A stretch of DNA of 64,000 nucleotides, from assembly GCA_964416425.1 (NCBI GenBank), contig CAYQEC010000001.1, positions 149,696 to 213,695 on the forward strand, given 5' to 3'. Of this stretch, positions 61,009-64,000 are shown piece after piece; position 1 is the first letter of the stretch, and each line of letters starts with the position of its first letter. Source of the DNA: an uncultured Acidimicrobiaceae bacterium (GTDB lineage Bacteria; Actinomycetota; Acidimicrobiia; Spongiisociales; UBA5794). The notes under the pieces were generated by a model. It saw nothing but the letters and a program-made list of their open reading frames with translations, was not told where the DNA came from and searched no databases. The position numbers and the translations under genes were made by a program.

Positions 61009-62358
61009 GTGGATACCGATTCGGAAATGGCGTTGCGTGGAGAGATACTCTCTCTGACCCGCCGGTTCGCCGAACTTGCCACGGCAACACGCCCATTCCG
61101 GGCCGGGTTTGATCCGGTACCCGTTTCCGGGAAGGTCCTCGGTCCGTCCGACTTCGAGGCGCTGGTCGACGCAAGCCTCGACGGCTGGTTCACCGCGGGC
61201 AGATTCACCGAGGTCTTCGAGCGTGATCTGGCCACATTTGTGGGATCTCGATTCGCACTGATGGTGAATTCGGGATCGTCGGCAAATCTCCTCGCTCTGA
61301 CAGCGCTGATGAGTCCCAAACTCGGAGATCGCCGACTGAAGCCCGGAGATGAAGTCATCACGGTCGCCGCCGGATTCCCGACGACGGTCAACCCTATTGT
61401 CCAGAACGATCTCGTTCCCGTATTCGTCGACATCGAACTAGGCACCTATGGCCCATTACCCGACGCCCTTGAAGCTGCGATCGGACCCCTCACGAAGGCC
61501 GTCATGATCGCCCACACTCTCGGCAACCCTTTTGATGCTTCTGCCGTACGCGAACTGTGTGACCGACATGGATTGTGGATGGTTGAGGACACCTGCGATG
61601 CGTTGGGGGCAACCTTCGATGGCCGGAACGTGGGAACTTTCGGCGACACTGCGACGCTCAGCTTCTACCCGGCACACCACATCACAACCGGCGAGGGCGG
61701 CGCTGTAATGACGAATCGGCCCGCTCTGCGGAGAATCCTCGAGTCGTACCGTGACTGGGGTCGCGATTGCTACTGCCCTCCCGGTCATGACAATACCTGC
61801 AAGAAGCGGTTCGAGTGGCAGTTGGGTGATCTGCCTTTCGGCTACGACCACAAGTACATCTACAGCCATATCGGCTACAACCTCAAAGCAACGGATATGC
61901 AGGCTGCCATCGGCTCCAGCCAGTTGAAACGCATCGACGAATTCGTCGCAAAGCGTCGTGAGAATTTTTCGATACTCGACGGGTTCCTCTCCGGAACCGA
62001 CGAACTGATTCTTCCAACAGCAACACCGGGGTCGGAGCCCAGTTGGTTCGGCTATCCGATCACGCTTCACCCAGAGTTTCCGATTCAGAGGGTTGACCTT
62101 CTTCGATTCCTCGATCACCGAAAGATCGGAACGCGCCTGCTCTTCGGCGGCAACCTCTTGCGCCAGCCTGCTTACCAGGGCCTGCCATCTCGGGTCGTGG
62201 GCGATCTCAGCAACTCCGATGTTGTCACAGCAAGAACCTTCTGGATTGGCGTATATCCGGGCCTGTCGCATGAGATGCTTGAGTTCGCGGCGTCATCGAT
62301 CAAGGAGTTTCTGACCGATCCCGGAGCGGCCTCGGAACGGCCTGTTCTCGGATTGTGA
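61009..62358 (+). CDS. rfbH: CDP-4-keto-6-deoxy-D-glucose 3-dehydrase (E1)
   Basis: [35 protein letters not shown] (His replaces the PLP Lys), RDCYC..G.DNTC Fe-S motif, LFGGNL. Confidence 0.93.
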   Translation: MDTDSEMALRGEILSLTRRFAELATATRPFRAGFDPVPVSGKVLGPSDFEALVDASLDGWFTAGRFTEVFERDLATFVGSRFALMVNSGSSANLLALTALMSPKLGDRRLKPGDEVITVAAGFPTTVNPIVQNDLVPVFVDIELGTYGPLPDALEAAIGPLTKAVMIAHTLGNPFDASAVRELCDRHGLWMVEDTCDALGATFDGRNVGTFGDTATLSFYPAHHITTGEGGAVMTNRPALRRILESYRDWGRDCYCPPGHDNTCKKRFEWQLGDLPFGYDHKYIYSHIGYNLKATDMQAAIGSSQLKRIDEFVAKRRENFSILDGFLSGTDELILPTATPGSEPSWFGYPITLHPEFPIQRVDLLRFLDHRKIGTRLLFGGNLLRQPAYQGLPSRVVGDLSNSDVVTARTFWIGVYPGLSHEMLEFAASSIKEFLTDPGAASERPVLGL

Positions 62359-62444
62359 ACTCGATACACAGAACGCTGCGTCAGGCGTGAGCAGTTCATG
62401 ATGACTGACGGTTCGAAAGTGGATAGCTGGGGAGAAAGGGGCAT

Positions 62445-63215
62445 ATGAGAACGATCATTCTTGCGGGTGGGCTTGGTACCAGACTCAGCGAAGAGACGGG
62501 CACTCGGCCGAAGCCGATGGTCACCATCGGTGGGAAGCCGATGCTGTGGCATATCATGAGCATCTACGCGGCACACGGACACCGAGACTTCGTTCTGGCT
62601 CTTGGGTACAGGGCCGAGATCGTCAAGGAGTACCTCCTGAATCTGAGGTACTTCGATTCCGATTTCACGGTAAGCACGTCATCACACGATGTGACGTTGA
62701 TCGGAGATCGGCGAACCAACGATTGGAACGTCACTGCGGCGAACACGGGGGGTGAGACTCAGACCGGTGGCCGGATCCTCCGAGCCGCCGCCACGTTCGA
62801 TGACGACGTCTTCATGGTCACCTATGGCGATGGTGTCGCGAATGTCGACATCGGTGCTCTCGTCGAGTTCCACAGAGCGCACGGTCGTCTGGCAACGGTC
62901 ACCGCAGTCCACCCGCCTGCACGATTCGGACGTCTCGAACTCGACGGCGACTCTGTCGTGCGCTTTGGGGAAAAGCCACAAGCCGAAGGGGGCTGGATCA
63001 ATGGCGGATTCTTTGTTCTGAACCGATCGGCACTCGACTACATCGATGGTGACGAGTCCGTATGGGAACGAGGCCCTCTCGAACGTCTCGCCGCCGATGG
63101 CGAACTGCACGCATTCTTTCACTCGGGATTCTGGCAGCCAATGGACACCCTCCGCGAACGAATGATCCTCGAAGATCTCTGGCGCACCGGCGCAGCGCCA
63201 TGGAAGGTCTGGTAG
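62445..63215 (+). CDS. rfbF: Glucose-1-phosphate cytidylyltransferase
   Basis: LAGGLGTRLSEET..RPKPMV, TGGETQTGGRI, TYGDG, WINGGFF, GFWQPMDTLRE motifs. Confidence 0.95.
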   Translation: MRTIILAGGLGTRLSEETGTRPKPMVTIGGKPMLWHIMSIYAAHGHRDFVLALGYRAEIVKEYLLNLRYFDSDFTVSTSSHDVTLIGDRRTNDWNVTAANTGGETQTGGRILRAAATFDDDVFMVTYGDGVANVDIGALVEFHRAHGRLATVTAVHPPARFGRLELDGDSVVRFGEKPQAEGGWINGGFFVLNRSALDYIDGDESVWERGPLERLAADGELHAFFHSGFWQPMDTLRERMILEDLWRTGAAPWKVW

Positions 63216-63217
63216 CA

Positions 63218-64000
63218 GTGACCGCTATCGCAGTTGTTGGTGCGACTGGATACATCGGGCGTTCCGTTTGCTCGACTGCGAGAGACAGCGGCTGGAGTGT
63301 GGTCACCTGCAATCGATCCGGAGTAGTGAATGCGTGGCCCGAACTCTCTCGAGGATCGATCGACGCGGTTGTGAACTGTGCCGGCGCCGGAATGAACTCC
63401 CAAGAGAAGTTGTCGAGCGTTGACTTGCTGGATGCGAATCTCGTCGTACCGCTCGCCGCTGCGAACTTGGCCCTGCGGATGGGCAGTCGGCTCGTACAGA
63501 TCGGAACCGCCGCCCAGCAGTCCGAGCGGCTTATCGCCGACTCGCCGTACGTTCGATCAAAGCACCTCGCTTCCGGTGCTCTTCGTCTCATCGCTGAGGC
63601 CGACGGGCTTGGCGTGTACGAGTTGAAGCCTCATATCGTCTACGGAGGAGTGGATTCTCCCGGTGTCGTGAATGCAATGGTCAGATCGATCGTTGCGGGG
63701 ATTCCCTTCCCTCTACGAACTCCGAACGTGACGCGAGATTTCATTCACCGAGACGATGTCGCCAGAGCTGTGGTCGCGGCCATCGAGGCCCGAGCGCCGG
63801 CGTGGGCGTCGCTTGAGATCGGTACCGGCGTGGGCTACAAGTTGAGCGACGTGGCGACCATGATCGGGAAACTCGCCGGTGCGTCCGAAGCATGGAGCTT
63901 GGACCCTGGGCCCGGCCGACCGTGGGTCGAGGACCTGGTAGCAGACCCGCGCCCCGCAATGACAAGTCTGGGATTCTCTGCCGAGATTCCGCTCCGACAA
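63218..64000 (+). CDS. Extended-SDR NAD-dependent epimerase/reductase (candidate CDP-dideoxyhexose 4-reductase); runs off the right end
   Basis: Manual translation from GTG 63218 is open to the end: VVGATGYIG, VVNCAG, YVRSK (YxxxK), VYG, RDFIH.DDVA, IGTG. Absent from the ORF track (no stop codon in window). Confidence 0.85.
   Translation, partial: MTAIAVVGATGYIGRSVCSTARDSGWSVVTCNRSGVVNAWPELSRGSIDAVVNCAGAGMNSQEKLSSVDLLDANLVVPLAAANLALRMGSRLVQIGTAAQQSERLIADSPYVRSKHLASGALRLIAEADGLGVYELKPHIVYGGVDSPGVVNAMVRSIVAGIPFPLRTPNVTRDFIHRDDVARAVVAAIEARAPAWASLEIGTGVGYKLSDVATMIGKLAGASEAWSLDPGPGRPWVEDLVADPRPAMTSLGFSAEIPLRQ

Noticed and set aside
63840-64000. Apparent frameshift in the terminal SDR gene
   Set aside because: Careful re-translation shows one continuous open frame from 63218 to the window end.

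Overview
A very GC-rich actinobacterial chromosome segment, most likely class Acidimicrobiia. That placement is an inference from the actinobacterial gene content (eno-ftsB-DUF501, moeA-moaC-mog-sepX/glpR-tRNA-Ala, GlnR boxes, F420 enzymes, bL37) combined with PlsY, a YabN-type MazG, a Firmicutes-type AbrB and an Acidimicrobiia-style SLH relic. Most of the window is housekeeping. It holds a Bacillus-like conserved block (rsmI, abrB, metG, tatD, rsmA, ispE, tRNA-Gln, glmU, prs, rplY, pth, mfd, surA, mazG, eno, ftsB), the amt-glnK-glnD nitrogen operon, nfnAB, EF-G2, glgC, molybdopterin genes, three tRNAs (Leu-TAA, Gln-TTG, Ala-CGC), a vapBC pair and a P-type ATPase. From about 61 kb a lower-GC CDP-3,6-dideoxyhexose cluster runs off the right end. 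Best leads: (1) a bacterial translin/TRAX (C3PO-type) nuclease gene directly upstream of tRNA-Ala; (2) a two-component-regulated operon with two small exported proteins, a signal-peptide-less ApbE and a ferric-reductase-like membrane protein; (3) pth with no canonical start codon, in frame behind the rplY UGA; (4) a 27-aa bL37-like ORF missed by the ORF track; (5) a candidate ~265-nt structured RNA at 49.85-50.11 kb; (6) a lipoprotein class D beta-lactamase with a 1-nt frameshift; (7) a GlmU lacking its acetyltransferase domain. All family assignments come from motifs recognised by eye; no searches were run.
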